From the NCBI GenBank assembly GCA_913057225.1, contig CAJXNT010000003.1, forward strand, positions 4,751 through 68,750: a stretch of DNA of 64,000 nucleotides, read 5' to 3'. Position 1 is the first letter of the stretch. Each line of letters begins with the position of its first letter. Source of the stretch: an uncultured Mycoplasmatota bacterium. Lineage in GTDB: Bacteria > Bacillota_I > Bacilli_A > Izemoplasmatales > Izemoplasmataceae. Positions 28,301 to 37,527 of the stretch are shown here, piece after piece. A program made the position numbers and the translations under genes. The notes under the pieces were generated by a model. The model worked only from the letters and a program-made list of their open reading frames with translations. It made no database searches and was not told the DNA's origin.

Positions 28301-29767
28301 GACCAGGACCGCATCGCCAATGAAGGCTTTAAAGCTTCTTAAGGCTTCCGAAATATCGGGGGCTGTCGCCAAGTCTTCATCGGTGATGGAGGTGAGTTCG
28401 GTGGTGAACGCCGATAAGGGGGTGGGAGACTTTATGAACGTGTCAAACCGTTCGAGGGTTTGTTGGGCTTTGAGTTTGATGGCGGAAATTTCAATGATCG
28501 CATCCTCAATGATGGAAAGCCCCGTGGTCTCAATGTCAAAAACCACGAACGTTTCTTCCATGATTTGAGACGTCTTGTGGCCGGTGTACAAGGCGAGGGC
28601 GTCTTCAAAGATGACACTCAGTTCCGCCCCATAAATGGGTTTGAGATCGGTGGATTCAATGGCGTGATGAAAACTGGGAAAGCCTTGCACCGTGTCATGA
28701 TCGGTGATGGCAATGGCGCGGTGATTAAACCGATCGGCGGTGGCCACATAATCGTCAATGGAATCAATGCCATCCAAGGCCGACATTTTCGTGTGAAGAT
28801 GCAGTTCAGACCGTTTTTTGTCGGCGGTATCTTCGCGGTGAGCTTTTTCGACGGGGTATTTAGAAATTTCCACCGTCTGCGCGGTGATGACGACTTCCTG
28901 GGCGTAGGTGTCAAAGTGGGCTTTGCCTTCGACTTTGACCAGATGGCCGACTTCGGCGTGGGTCATAAATTGATGATCGGCTTCATCGCGAACGAACTTT
29001 TTCACGTAAATCGAATCATGCTCATCGCCAACCACCCAAGTGATGAGGGTCATATCCCCCCGAATCTTCCGGGAATCCACGTTAAAAATTTCGCCTTCAA
29101 ACTTAAACGTTTGATGACGGTACGCACTGGTGTATTCACTGAGGGCTTCTTCGGTGATGGGGATGTCGGAAATGGCATGCTTGATGACGTCCACCGTTCG
29201 GTCTTCAAAGGTGAGAAAACTTTGGACTTTATGGGCTTTGGCGCGTTTTTTTTCATCTTCTTCATCAATTTTTTGAATGCGATCGGCGATCGATGTTTCT
29301 TTTTGCCGTTTGAAAATATAAGAAAACGATACGCCAAAGCGGTCGGTGAACTGATGCAGTTCGCTTTCCCAAGACACCGCGAAGTCGGCATCGGCGGGAA
29401 GGGTGATGATGATGTCTTTGTTTTGGGCGGTCACCGCAAAATGTTGAAGGGTTTCAAACCGAGGTTTTTCCACCACCAATAAGGCGAGCAAGTATTCAAA
29501 CATTGCTTTCGCATCGAGGCCCTCATCGGTATCATACGCATACGTAAAATCCACCGCATCCACATGCGAGAGTTGATGCGGCAGTTGAATCAATCGTTCA
29601 TGAAACAGTTGAAATTCAGAAAGCGGGGGGACGTGGTCAAAGCGAATATTAAAAAACCAAGCCTTGGCCTTTTTATCGACATGAAGTGCATCGAGCGTGC
29701 CGGGCGTGGTAAAGGTCTTTGTATCGAGATTTAATAGGGTCAGGAGTGTGTGAAATTCGTGTGTCAT
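25307..29767 (-). CDS. polC: DNA polymerase III alpha subunit, PolC type (with internal 3'-5' exonuclease)
   Basis: PHP domain, exonuclease motif FVVFDIETTGLS, Zn-finger CPTCHF..CPHC, polymerase core; start trimmed to 29767 (SD ggagg). Confidence 0.95.
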   Translation of the reverse strand: MTHEFHTLLTLLNLDTKTFTTPGTLDALHVDKKAKAWFFNIRFDHVPPLSEFQLFHERLIQLPHQLSHVDAVDFTYAYDTDEGLDAKAMFEYLLALLVVEKPRFETLQHFAVTAQNKDIIITLPADADFAVSWESELHQFTDRFGVSFSYIFKRQKETSIADRIQKIDEEDEKKRAKAHKVQSFLTFEDRTVDVIKHAISDIPITEEALSEYTSAYRHQTFKFEGEIFNVDSRKIRGDMTLITWVVGDEHDSIYVKKFVRDEADHQFMTHAEVGHLVKVEGKAHFDTYAQEVVITAQTVEISKYPVEKAHREDTADKKRSELHLHTKMSALDGIDSIDDYVATADRFNHRAIAITDHDTVQGFPSFHHAIESTDLKPIYGAELSVIFEDALALYTGHKTSQIMEETFVVFDIETTGLSIIEDAIIEISAIKLKAQQTLERFDTFIKSPTPLSAFTTELTSITDEDLATAPDISEALRSFKAFIGDAVLVAHNAPFDVDFLTAHMRRHGLLDRAYDAVDTLQMARQLYGQKLKRFNLKAVSKFFNVELTQHHRAEADTFATAEIFKSMLADLHGKGIKTMDALKAAATLYPGASAMRHARKSHVTVWVKNQAGLKHLYQLISDGHTTFFNQGPMVPFSHLNKLRKGLIIGSGCMHSDFMEVALNKDEAHLERVMARYDVIELQPPKDYLHLFDRELAAGLGEPEVLAKVHAMMKRVVRIAGDLNIPVIATSDAHHIEASHFKYRDIYIKTPIVGGGTHALARNQFPPNQYFLTTDEMLEAFDFLGADMAKTIVVDAVDAVVDGVEDVRPFTPELYAPKDDFLVKEGIPSAVEALKKIVSESTEKTYGKTPHPYVQDRIDKELKSIIDNQFSAVYYISHLLVKKSLSEGYLVGSRGSVGSSLIATLMAITEVNPLAPHYVCPTCHFFSFKRSPEDLETYPVAPEESPYQKELEKVSSGFDLRPLECPHCQAPLIRDGHDIPFETFLGFKGDKVPDIDLNFSGDYQSEVHEYIRTIFGQERAFRAGTISTVASRTAFGYVKGYLEKENLTLRKAEIDRRAQKISGVKRSTGQHPGGIVVVPADKEITDVTPVQYPADDTTSTWRTTHFDYHSFESNLFKLDVLGHDDPTMIKYLMDHVQANPLDFPFTDARDIPLDDPNVYALLSGTDAIGLDAKTLGSDVASFGVPEMGTQFVRGMLKAARPSTFADIVKISGLSHGTDVWLNNAELLVNGRHKTYEQVPFKEVIGCRDDIMVNLIDWGIKKEVAFELSEFIRKGKAAKNPDAWEGYQAIMRDHQVPEWYIWSCGQIKYMFPKAHATAYVMMALRIAWFKVYKPIYFYAAYFSKRAKDFDLISFLGGSSVIHEKMKSLQEKGNRATDTEKRLLTVLEVAHEMTLRGYHFYPIDMEKSKAQDFVIAADQSGLILPFIALDGLGIKVAESIEQAREESPFMSQDDLKKRTLLTKTSFDKLLALDVFKGLPEDTQISLFEM

Positions 29768-29837
29768 TTGTGGCCTCCGGTTGCTTTTTAGTATACCAAA
29801 AATGCCTTCATTTGAGGCAAAAAAAAAGTAGCTTGCG

Positions 29838-30056
29838 CTACATTTTATGCGTGAAATGAATCTCGACTTTGTCGGCTTCAATTTCTTCTAAGGCGATGCC
29901 GACGGGTTTCGAACAATTGGCTTTGATGACGGAATCATCGTGTTCTTTCAGCGCCTTCGCTCTTAGGGCGGAGGCGTAGGCGAGTTTATACTTGGAGTCA
30001 ATTTTATCGAGTAATTGATCGATGGATGGATATCTGAGCCCTTCGTTATTTGCCAT
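29838..30056 (-). CDS. rpoZ: DNA-directed RNA polymerase omega subunit
   Basis: ..YPSIDQLLDKIDSKYKLAYASALRAK.. typical omega; immediately downstream of gmk (11-nt overlap). Confidence 0.85.
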   Translation of the reverse strand: MANNEGLRYPSIDQLLDKIDSKYKLAYASALRAKALKEHDDSVIKANCSKPVGIALEEIEADKVEIHFTHKM

Positions 30057-30681
30057 ATGAATCATCAACCTCCAACATGCTGCGGTAACTTTGAATCGAC
30101 CGCTCGGTTTTTGCGTGTTCTGCCCGCACGACGGCGATGATTTTATCGGCCGCGTTGTGGACATCGTCGTTCACTATTATATAATCATATTTGTGTGCAA
30201 GCAAGAATTCCCGTTCCGCTTTATCCATTCGGTTGACGACCGTCGTGGGATCTTCTGAGCCCCGGGTGAGGAGCCGGTTATACAGGGCTTCACGCGAGGG
30301 AGGTGCGATGAACAAAAAGACCGCATCGGGCATTTTTTCACGCACTTGAAGGGCCCCTTCGACTTCAATTTCCAACACGACTTCTTTGCCTTCATCTAAG
30401 TAAGCATCGATTTTATCTTTCGGTGTGCCGTAGTAATGCCCCACAAATTCGGCATACTCTAAAAAGGCCCCCGCCTCAATCCGGCGTTCGAATTCGTCTT
30501 TACTCACAAAATAATAATCGACCCCATCAACCTCGCCCTCTCTGGGAGGCCGTGTGGTCATTGAGATCGAATAGACAAAATCATGTTCATCAAATTCAAA
30601 GAGCGCCTTACGGACGGTGCCTTTACCCACTCCAGAAGGCCCACTGATGACAATCAATAATCCACGTTGATTAAGCTTCAT
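30046..30681 (-). CDS. gmk: Guanylate kinase
   Basis: P-loop ISGPSGVGKGT, ..TTRPPREGEVDGVDYYFV.. Confidence 0.95.
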   Translation of the reverse strand: MKLNQRGLLIVISGPSGVGKGTVRKALFEFDEHDFVYSISMTTRPPREGEVDGVDYYFVSKDEFERRIEAGAFLEYAEFVGHYYGTPKDKIDAYLDEGKEVVLEIEVEGALQVREKMPDAVFLFIAPPSREALYNRLLTRGSEDPTTVVNRMDKAEREFLLAHKYDYIIVNDDVHNAADKIIAVVRAEHAKTERSIQSYRSMLEVDDSYGK

Positions 30682-30802
30682 AAAGCCTCCTGTATGGTAT
30701 ATTTAAACATATCTTAACACGTTTTAACGGCCTATAAAAGCCTTTTTGCACGGTTTTTCATTTTCGTTTTCACTCTTTTTCATGCAAAGTTGAGGTGTCT
30801 TT

Positions 30803-32395
30803 ATGACATTCACCGGGCTGACCCTCCATTATGCCCAGCACGATTTAAATGCGCATCTGCCTGCCCGCGTGCAGAAAATCCAGCAGCTCTCCAAAGGACA
30901 GCTGCTCTTTCACATGAAAGGAAAAAAAGCGTTTAAGTGGTACATCGACATCACGCCCCAGCACGCCAGAACGCACCGTACGACCCTCTCGTTTAGTCAT
31001 AAAGAAGGCCTTTCGAGCTTGGCCCAGCGCATGAAAAAATGGTTCATCAATGCGCAAATCACGCGCGTCCAACAGCACGGAACGGACCGTGTTTTAACCG
31101 CCGAAATCCATGGGTCGGATGACCTTTTTGACGCCAAAACGTATCATCTCATTTTGGAATTTTTTGGCAAAGATGCCAATCTCATCATCACCGATGAGAC
31201 GGGAGAAATCTTAGATTTATACCGCCCCAGCGGCAGTGTCTTTAACCACCCCAGAGCCGTACACATCGGGGCTTTTTACACGTGGCCCCCAAAAACCAAA
31301 GCATCACCGTTTGATGAAACCGCCGTGGCCGAATATTTTAACGATTTAACGCGGGCGCCCCATCACGTGTTTGAAGGTTTCTCCAAAGCATTGGGCGAGT
31401 CATTGATGGCGGTGGCCCCCACCAAGAATGCATGGTTTGAAGCCCTTGCGCATCCTAAGTTTTCGGTGGTAGACGGACGGTTCACCCTTTTTGAAGGCGA
31501 TGATTCCATGGCCTTTGTCGATTGGGCCGATGCCCGATTGCGGCAAATCTTTGAAGAAACCCCCTATAATCTGACGCTTAAAAACCTGCAAAAAACCCTC
31601 GAGAAAAAACGCGCTAAAGCCCTTAAAAAAATAGGTGTTTTAACCCAAGAGTTGGGCGAAGTATCGCGGGCGGATGACTTCATCCGGAGGGGCCAACTGT
31701 TGATGCAAAGTCCCGATAAACATGCCAAAAAGGCGTCGGTGACCGTGCAGGACTACGCCACCGGCGAAACGCTCACGCTGAAGCTCGATGCGAAAAAAAC
31801 CGTGCTGGCCCATGCCAACGACGCGTTTAAAAAAGCCAAAAAGATCAAGCAATCGGTGCCCCACTTAAACCGTCAAATCAAACAGGCCAAGCAGCAATCA
31901 GACTATTTAGAGTCCATCATCGATCAACTTTACTACGCGGATGCCAATGCGTTTTATGCCATCCAAGACGAACTCGCTCAAGCCAAGATCATCCGCCCCC
32001 CGAAACGAAAAGGGAAATCCCCCAAAGCCAAACCGAAAGTGTACGAATGGGAAGGCATTCTCATTTACGTGGGCCAAAACCACCAACAAAACGCCGAGCT
32101 CACCCACCGCTTTGCGAAACGTTCATGGCGCTTTCTTCACGCCCGAAGCGCCCCTGGGGCGCACGTCATCGTGGCCGATGATGATCCCAGCAATGCTGTC
32201 CTTGAAAAAGCCGCGATGCTGGCGGCCTATCATTCCAAACTCCGGCACTCCCCGAAAGCGGAAGTCGACAGTGTCTTAGTCAAAGACGTCCGGACGCTGA
32301 AAGGAAAACCCGGCTCCATGGTGACGTATGATCGCTATGACACCTTCGTTGTGACGGGCGATCACCCCGATATTCCCATCAAAAAAAGCGCCTAG
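30803..32395 (+). CDS. rqcH: NFACT-family ribosome quality-control protein (RqcH / FbpA-like)
   Basis: NFACT-N-like N-terminus, coiled-coil middle, NFACT-R/DUF814 motif ..ARSAPGAHVIV..; next to gmk-rpoZ as yloA is in B. subtilis. Confidence 0.75.
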   Translation: MTFTGLTLHYAQHDLNAHLPARVQKIQQLSKGQLLFHMKGKKAFKWYIDITPQHARTHRTTLSFSHKEGLSSLAQRMKKWFINAQITRVQQHGTDRVLTAEIHGSDDLFDAKTYHLILEFFGKDANLIITDETGEILDLYRPSGSVFNHPRAVHIGAFYTWPPKTKASPFDETAVAEYFNDLTRAPHHVFEGFSKALGESLMAVAPTKNAWFEALAHPKFSVVDGRFTLFEGDDSMAFVDWADARLRQIFEETPYNLTLKNLQKTLEKKRAKALKKIGVLTQELGEVSRADDFIRRGQLLMQSPDKHAKKASVTVQDYATGETLTLKLDAKKTVLAHANDAFKKAKKIKQSVPHLNRQIKQAKQQSDYLESIIDQLYYADANAFYAIQDELAQAKIIRPPKRKGKSPKAKPKVYEWEGILIYVGQNHQQNAELTHRFAKRSWRFLHARSAPGAHVIVADDDPSNAVLEKAAMLAAYHSKLRHSPKAEVDSVLVKDVRTLKGKPGSMVTYDRYDTFVVTGDHPDIPIKKSA

Positions 32396-32407
32396 GCGCT
32401 TTTTTTT
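32381..32407. terminator. Bidirectional terminator between convergent rqcH and thrS
   Basis: A7-GCGCCTAGGCGC-T8 palindrome spanning both stop codons. Confidence 0.8.
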
Positions 32408-34331
32408 ATTGTGGGCGAGACTTGCGGGCCACATCGGCGGCCAGAAGCGCTTCAAATTCAGCGGTGGATACAGTGTGTTGATCGCTGGACCCATACTGGC
32501 GGTACGTGACTTGGTCTTCGGCCATCTCTTGATCGCCGATGACCAACTGATAGGGAATCTTTTGCGTCTGGGCATCGCGAATCTTATAGCCCAGTTTTTC
32601 ATCGCGTTGGTCTACATTGACGCGGTAGCCCAGGTCGATGAGATGTTGTTTGAGGGCCTTTGCGTGTTCGCCGTGAACGGCTTGATTCACAGGGATAACG
32701 ATGGCTTGAACGGGGGCGAGCCACGTGGGGAACGCGCCTTTGTATTGTTCGAGTAAGATGCTCATGAGGCGTTCAAAGGTTGAAATATACCCCCGGTGGA
32801 TGACCACGGGGCGTTCTTTTTCCCCCGATGCGTTGATGTAATTGAGGTCAAAGCGTTCAGGGAGTAGAAAATCAAGTTGAATGGTCGACATGGTGATCAT
32901 GTGGCCGAGCACGGTTTTCACTTGGAAATCGATTTTGGGGCCGTAAAATGCGGCTTCTCCGGGGACTTTCTTATAGGGGATTTCGGCGTCTTTTAGGACA
33001 TCTTCTAAGATGGTCTCAGCCAAGTTCCATAAGCGATCGTTATCGTGGAATTTCGATTTGGAATCGTCGCGGGTGGCGAATTCAATGTAGGCAATTTCCA
33101 GGCCTAAATCGGCAATCGCGGTCTCAATGAGTTCATACGCATTGATGACTTCTTCTTTGATTTGGTCGGGACGCACAAAGATATGGGCATCGGTCAAAGT
33201 CATCGCCCGGACGCGCTCTAAGCCGGTGAGGGCCCCACTGGCTTCATAGCGGTGTTGCGTGACGATTTCGGCGTAGCGTAAGGGGAGATCGCGGTAGCTT
33301 CTTAAATCCGATTGGAAGATTTTCATGTGATGGGGACAACTCATCGGTCTTAAGACGAAGGTTTCATCGTCTTTTTCCATCGGGGGGAACATGTTTTCTT
33401 GGTAATGATCCCAGTGCCCTGAAGTTTCATAGAGATGTTTGGTCCCGAGCACCGGTGTGGAGACGTGGAGGTAGCCGGCTTTGCGTTCTTGGTCGTAGAC
33501 GTAATCTTCTAAGACTTTGCGGACCGCATAGCCATTCGGCAGCCAGGTGGCGAGGCCTTGGCCCACTTCACTGTTGAGCATGAACATTTTGAGTTCTTTG
33601 CCGAGTTTGCGGTGGTCGCGCTCTTTGCGTTCTTCCAGCATGGAAAGGTGCGCGTCTAAGGCATCTTTAGAAAACCATGCGGTGCCATAGATGCGTTGCA
33701 TCATCGGCCCACTGGAATCGCCCCGAAAGTAAGCGCCTGCTAAAGATAAGAGTTTAAAATGTTTAATTTTTCCGGTGAAGCCAATGTGGCCGCCCCGGCA
33801 TAGATCCACAAAATCGCCTTGGCGATACAGCGTGATGGCATCGCCTTCGGGGATGGCTTCGATGAGGGTGGTTTTATAAAAATCATCTTTAAAAAATGTC
33901 AGGGCCGCTTCTCTCGAGACCTCTTGCCGGATCATTTCATGGTTTTCTTTGACGAGTTTGCGCATTTGGTTTTCAATCTTGAGTAAATCGTCTTCTTTCA
34001 GCGATTCATCCAGCGCCACATCATAGTAAAAGCCCTCTTCGATGGCTGGTCCCACGCCAAATTGAGCGTTCGGATAGAGCCGCTTGATGGCTTGCGCCAT
34101 GAGATGGGCCGATGAGTGATTGAGAATTTCAAACGCTTCGTCATCGGATTCCGTGATCAAACGAATGGCCCCATCGCGATCGATGGGCCGGTTGAGATCA
34201 TAGAGGGTATCATCCAAAAATGCCGCGACCGTTTTTTTGGCAAGCGATGATGAGATGGCTTTGGCGATGGCCAGCGGCGTGATGGGAGCATCATAGGTTT
34301 TTTTCTTTCCATCGGGAAACGTTAGTTGCAT
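32406..34331 (-). CDS. thrS: Threonine-tRNA ligase
   Basis: TGS, editing (HSSAHLMAQA) and class II catalytic regions; start set to ATG 34331 (SD ggagg 5 nt upstream). Confidence 0.95.
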   Translation of the reverse strand: MQLTFPDGKKKTYDAPITPLAIAKAISSSLAKKTVAAFLDDTLYDLNRPIDRDGAIRLITESDDEAFEILNHSSAHLMAQAIKRLYPNAQFGVGPAIEEGFYYDVALDESLKEDDLLKIENQMRKLVKENHEMIRQEVSREAALTFFKDDFYKTTLIEAIPEGDAITLYRQGDFVDLCRGGHIGFTGKIKHFKLLSLAGAYFRGDSSGPMMQRIYGTAWFSKDALDAHLSMLEERKERDHRKLGKELKMFMLNSEVGQGLATWLPNGYAVRKVLEDYVYDQERKAGYLHVSTPVLGTKHLYETSGHWDHYQENMFPPMEKDDETFVLRPMSCPHHMKIFQSDLRSYRDLPLRYAEIVTQHRYEASGALTGLERVRAMTLTDAHIFVRPDQIKEEVINAYELIETAIADLGLEIAYIEFATRDDSKSKFHDNDRLWNLAETILEDVLKDAEIPYKKVPGEAAFYGPKIDFQVKTVLGHMITMSTIQLDFLLPERFDLNYINASGEKERPVVIHRGYISTFERLMSILLEQYKGAFPTWLAPVQAIVIPVNQAVHGEHAKALKQHLIDLGYRVNVDQRDEKLGYKIRDAQTQKIPYQLVIGDQEMAEDQVTYRQYGSSDQHTVSTAEFEALLAADVARKSRPQ

Positions 34332-34552
34332 AAAGTCCTCCAAATAAAAAACGCCCTCGGTTAAAGGACGAATGGGTTCGTGGTACCACCTTTATTCTTT
34401 AAACGTTGGGTTTAAAGCACTGGGGTGTGGGTAACGGCCACGGCCGGAATGGTTTGCCATTCGGACGCAAAAGGAAGTAAAGAAAGAGTTCGTAGCTTGC
34501 ACCGTCCTACGTCGCTTAAAGGTCTTTCCCGTTTGCCCTTTTGGAATGCTTA
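34332..34552 (-). promoter_or_regulatory. T-box riboswitch leader of thrS
   Basis: T-box motif AAGGTGGTACCACG (plus 34379-34392). Terminator CGTCCTT-taacc-GAGGGCG plus T6 (34346-34370). Distal-loop-like GGTGCAA. Specifier not confidently assigned (ACU or ACG candidates). Confidence 0.8.
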
Positions 34553-34557
34553 AATAT

Positions 34558-34586
34558 AGTCTATAAGCCGTCACCATGCTTGTCAA
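34558..34586 (-). promoter_or_regulatory. Sigma-A-type promoter of the thrS leader
   Basis: TTGACA - 17 nt - TAGACT, starting 1 nt after the dnaI stop. Confidence 0.65.
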
Positions 34587-34587
34587 G

Positions 34588-35448
34588 TTAAAACGCGATG
34601 GGCTCGGCAAGCGCTTGAATGCGTTCAATGATGCGGAAGGCTTTGAGTTGTTCGTTTTCACTGCCACTGCCCGTGAAGTGATCGATCAATTTTTTCGGGG
34701 GAATGTTGGAGGTAAAAAAGGTGAGTTTTTGATCCAACAAGCGGTGCTGGAGAATCGGGCCTAAGACTTCGTCGCGAACCCACGCCGAATAGCCTTCACC
34801 GCCGAAATCATCGAGCATGAGAATATCGGTTTTTTTGAGGGCCGCAATCCGCACCTCCAGCGTGCCTTGGTCGATCGCACTTTTAATTTCTCGGGCGAAA
34901 TCTGGGTAATACATCAATGTCACATGATGGCCCATTTTACTGAATTCTTGCGCCGCCGCTGCGAGCCCATAGGTTTTGCCGGTCATATAAGGCCCGTGGA
35001 CATAAAGCCCTTTGACGGGTTCTGAGAGTTTTAACGCATGCAGCGTTTGCATGATTTTTAAATAGAACGTTTTCCGCGGTTCGGAATCTTGACGAAAATC
35101 CGAAAGCGATGCCTTAAGCAATGTTTTAGGCATCGTCGATGCGTCCATCGCCAACTGCGGGTGTGAGGTCTGAGCTTTTTTTAAGGCCTCACACGGCGTG
35201 TAAGAAAGCGTGATTCGCCCGCCCAAAAACCCTAATACCGGTTGGTAGGCGTGATCGGGATCCAATGACTTCGATTCACAATTATGCATGTCTTGTTTGT
35301 ATTGCATGAGCTCCGTAAGGCCCGCTTTGATGGCGTCATAAGGTACATCATATTGCATGAAAAAAGGTTTCAGCGCGTCATCTTCTGAAAATGCATCGGC
35401 CATTTTTTCCAGTAAGGATTCATCGGCGTTAAAGGGATAACGGTCCAT
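34588..35448 (-). CDS. dnaI: Primosomal helicase-loader ATPase DnaI
   Basis: AAA+ Walker A HGPYMTGKTYGL, Walker B LMLDDFG; TGATG overlap with dnaB stop. Confidence 0.85.
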   Translation of the reverse strand: MDRYPFNADESLLEKMADAFSEDDALKPFFMQYDVPYDAIKAGLTELMQYKQDMHNCESKSLDPDHAYQPVLGFLGGRITLSYTPCEALKKAQTSHPQLAMDASTMPKTLLKASLSDFRQDSEPRKTFYLKIMQTLHALKLSEPVKGLYVHGPYMTGKTYGLAAAAQEFSKMGHHVTLMYYPDFAREIKSAIDQGTLEVRIAALKKTDILMLDDFGGEGYSAWVRDEVLGPILQHRLLDQKLTFFTSNIPPKKLIDHFTGSGSENEQLKAFRIIERIQALAEPIAF

Positions 35449-36551
35449 CAATTTTCCTTTTCTTCCAAATAGGCTTTGAACCAATCAATGGTCGGAGCCT
35501 CTTTGGGTTTTTTGGATTTTTGGGTTTTTTTCTCTTTGCTTGATTTAATGTGCGCAATGGCCATTTCGGCGGTGGTGATTTCGTTGCGGTGCCACTGTCC
35601 ACTGACTTTTTCGAAATATTTATACACGGGCATTTGACCGTTGAGCTCGGTGATCACATACGCGATGAGCACACTGATGACTTCGAGTTTCAGCCCACTT
35701 TCGCGGATCAAGCGATCGACAATTTTAAGTTCCGATGCGGGCACATGGGACCCCGTTAAAAGCTTTAAGACATCGGCGGGATGCATCCGTTTGAACGCGT
35801 CTAAATCCAGCGATTGAGGCTGGCTTTCGGGCAAGTAAAGCGCCGCCGCGTGATCGGAGAGCCCATCAAAGTCTAAACCGTTTTTCGCCGCGACCGCTTT
35901 TTCGATGACTTTTTTGAGCCGCGTTTCATCCAGGCCATACACATACGCCAGATGATTGAGGGTGGTTTTAAGGGCGGGGGTGCGCTGATCTTTGGGCACC
36001 CAGGTGGTGGGAATCCGGTCTAAAAAGGCATCCATATCCCACGTCGGGGTGAGGCGAAACACGGGGTCTTCAGCGGCGTCAAACGATCCTTTTAAAGTAC
36101 CAAAGGTGTCTTCGAATGAGGCCGTGACTTCTTCTTTTTTGGGCCACTTGGGCGCGGGTTTAACGAAACGATCTTTGATGTCATTCACGCGCTCTTTGGA
36201 GATTCGCGTTTTTAAATGGGCGAGGAGCGGTGATTTAAAAAAGGCCGCGGGGCTTAAAGGCAAGACGGGCCGAAAGGTCCACACGTCGGCCTCGAGTGTT
36301 TTCAGTAATTGCGCCCCTTCGAGACGTTTTCGAACGTCTAAAAACCGCTCAGGATTGATGCCAATCATGTCGTAGATGTAACTGATGGGATAATCCATCG
36401 ACCGGCCCGACGGTTGATCGGCCAAGCGCACCAAAAAAAGATACAGAGAAAGACCATCGGCCGAGATGAGGGGTAAATAACATTGCGATAAGACGCTCAC
36501 ATCTTCCATCGAAAGATGCGGCGCGTGCGCTACATGGAACGTATCGGGCAT
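35448..36551 (-). CDS. dnaB: Replication initiation and membrane attachment protein DnaB (Bacillus-type, not the helicase)
   Basis: DnaB_2/DnaD-like repeats, position directly upstream of dnaI. Confidence 0.7.
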   Translation of the reverse strand: MPDTFHVAHAPHLSMEDVSVLSQCYLPLISADGLSLYLFLVRLADQPSGRSMDYPISYIYDMIGINPERFLDVRKRLEGAQLLKTLEADVWTFRPVLPLSPAAFFKSPLLAHLKTRISKERVNDIKDRFVKPAPKWPKKEEVTASFEDTFGTLKGSFDAAEDPVFRLTPTWDMDAFLDRIPTTWVPKDQRTPALKTTLNHLAYVYGLDETRLKKVIEKAVAAKNGLDFDGLSDHAAALYLPESQPQSLDLDAFKRMHPADVLKLLTGSHVPASELKIVDRLIRESGLKLEVISVLIAYVITELNGQMPVYKYFEKVSGQWHRNEITTAEMAIAHIKSSKEKKTQKSKKPKEAPTIDWFKAYLEEKEN

Positions 36552-36552
36552 C

Positions 36553-36918
36553 TTACGCTTTTAACCCCGTGCCTTTCAAGGGTAAATCAGCCGCGAGGGC
36601 TTGAAAGGTTCTTTCAATGATTTTTAGGGGGCGGTTAAACCCCGCGATGTAGTACGTTTGAACTTTTAAGTCCACGGCGGTTTCGGCCGGAGACGTTTGG
36701 ATGAGGGTGGCAATCAAATGGTGTTTTTTTCCCCGAAAGAAAAGTTCGCCATACGTATCGTTTTCACTTTTAAGCGTCCACTGATTGGCTTCGGCCACCC
36801 GCAAGAGGGCGTCTTTGGTTTTGGCGTAACTGGTTTTAAAGTAATGGGTTTGAAACGCTCTTTTTTCATGGCGTTCTTTGGTTTCAGCCACATTGGAAAA
36901 ATAATTAAATAACCCCAT
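36553..36918 (-). CDS. Hypothetical 121-aa cytoplasmic protein
   Basis: Tightly packed (1-nt gaps) between coaE and dnaB; no motif I recognise. Confidence 0.5.
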   Translation of the reverse strand: MGLFNYFSNVAETKERHEKRAFQTHYFKTSYAKTKDALLRVAEANQWTLKSENDTYGELFFRGKKHHLIATLIQTSPAETAVDLKVQTYYIAGFNRPLKIIERTFQALAADLPLKGTGLKA

Positions 36919-36919
36919 G

Positions 36920-37519
36920 TTAGGCTCCTTGAATGGTGGAAAGAATCTCGTTAAATTGTTTTTTGGTGTGCAAAATCGACCCCCGGTTGTCGATCACATA
37001 GGTGGCCTTTTTGCGTTTTTCTTTGAGGGGCATTTGCGATTGAATTTTCTTCATCGCATACGCTTTAGAAATGTGATCACGGGTCATCAATCGTTCGAGT
37101 TGAATTTCTTTGGGCACGCTGATGACCAAGGTTTCATCGACGTCTTTGTCAAACTTGGCTTCAAAAAGGAGCGGCACATCCACCACAATTAGGGCATGCC
37201 CTTCTTTTTTTAAAAGGTCGGCTTGGGTCCTAGCAATCGAGCGGACTTCGGGATGCACCTGAGCATTGAGCCAAGCCCGCGCATCTTCATCTTGAAAGAT
37301 GATTTCTCCCAGCGCTTTGCGGTTGATTGTGCCTTCAGAAAGTAAGATGGCGTCGCCAAAATGCTCGACCACGCGCTGAAACACATCGCTGCCTTTGGCT
37401 AAGACGGATTTGGCAATTTGATCGGTTTCAATCACCGGGATGTTCGCGTCTTTGAAGAAACCAGCCACGGTTGATTTACCGGTGGCGATGCCGCCGGTCA
37501 AGCCAATGATTTTTGCCAT
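36920..37519 (-). CDS. coaE: Dephospho-CoA kinase
   Basis: P-loop GLTGGIATGKST. Confidence 0.9.
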   Translation of the reverse strand: MAKIIGLTGGIATGKSTVAGFFKDANIPVIETDQIAKSVLAKGSDVFQRVVEHFGDAILLSEGTINRKALGEIIFQDEDARAWLNAQVHPEVRSIARTQADLLKKEGHALIVVDVPLLFEAKFDKDVDETLVISVPKEIQLERLMTRDHISKAYAMKKIQSQMPLKEKRKKATYVIDNRGSILHTKKQFNEILSTIQGA

Positions 37520-37527
37520 GGGCCCTC

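Noticed and set aside
28460-29482. 340-aa plus-strand ORF antisense to polC
   Set aside because: It lies entirely inside the well-supported polC frame. Its sequence is low-complexity and Gly/Phe/Val-rich with no SD or motifs. Long antisense frames are expected opposite a codon-biased gene. The same reasoning applies to the other antisense ORFs in recG, pheT, polA and elsewhere.
34392-34667. 91-aa minus-strand ORF upstream of thrS
   Set aside because: It covers the thrS T-box leader (conserved T-box motif, terminator, promoter) and the dnaI 3' end. This is RNA structure, not coding sequence.
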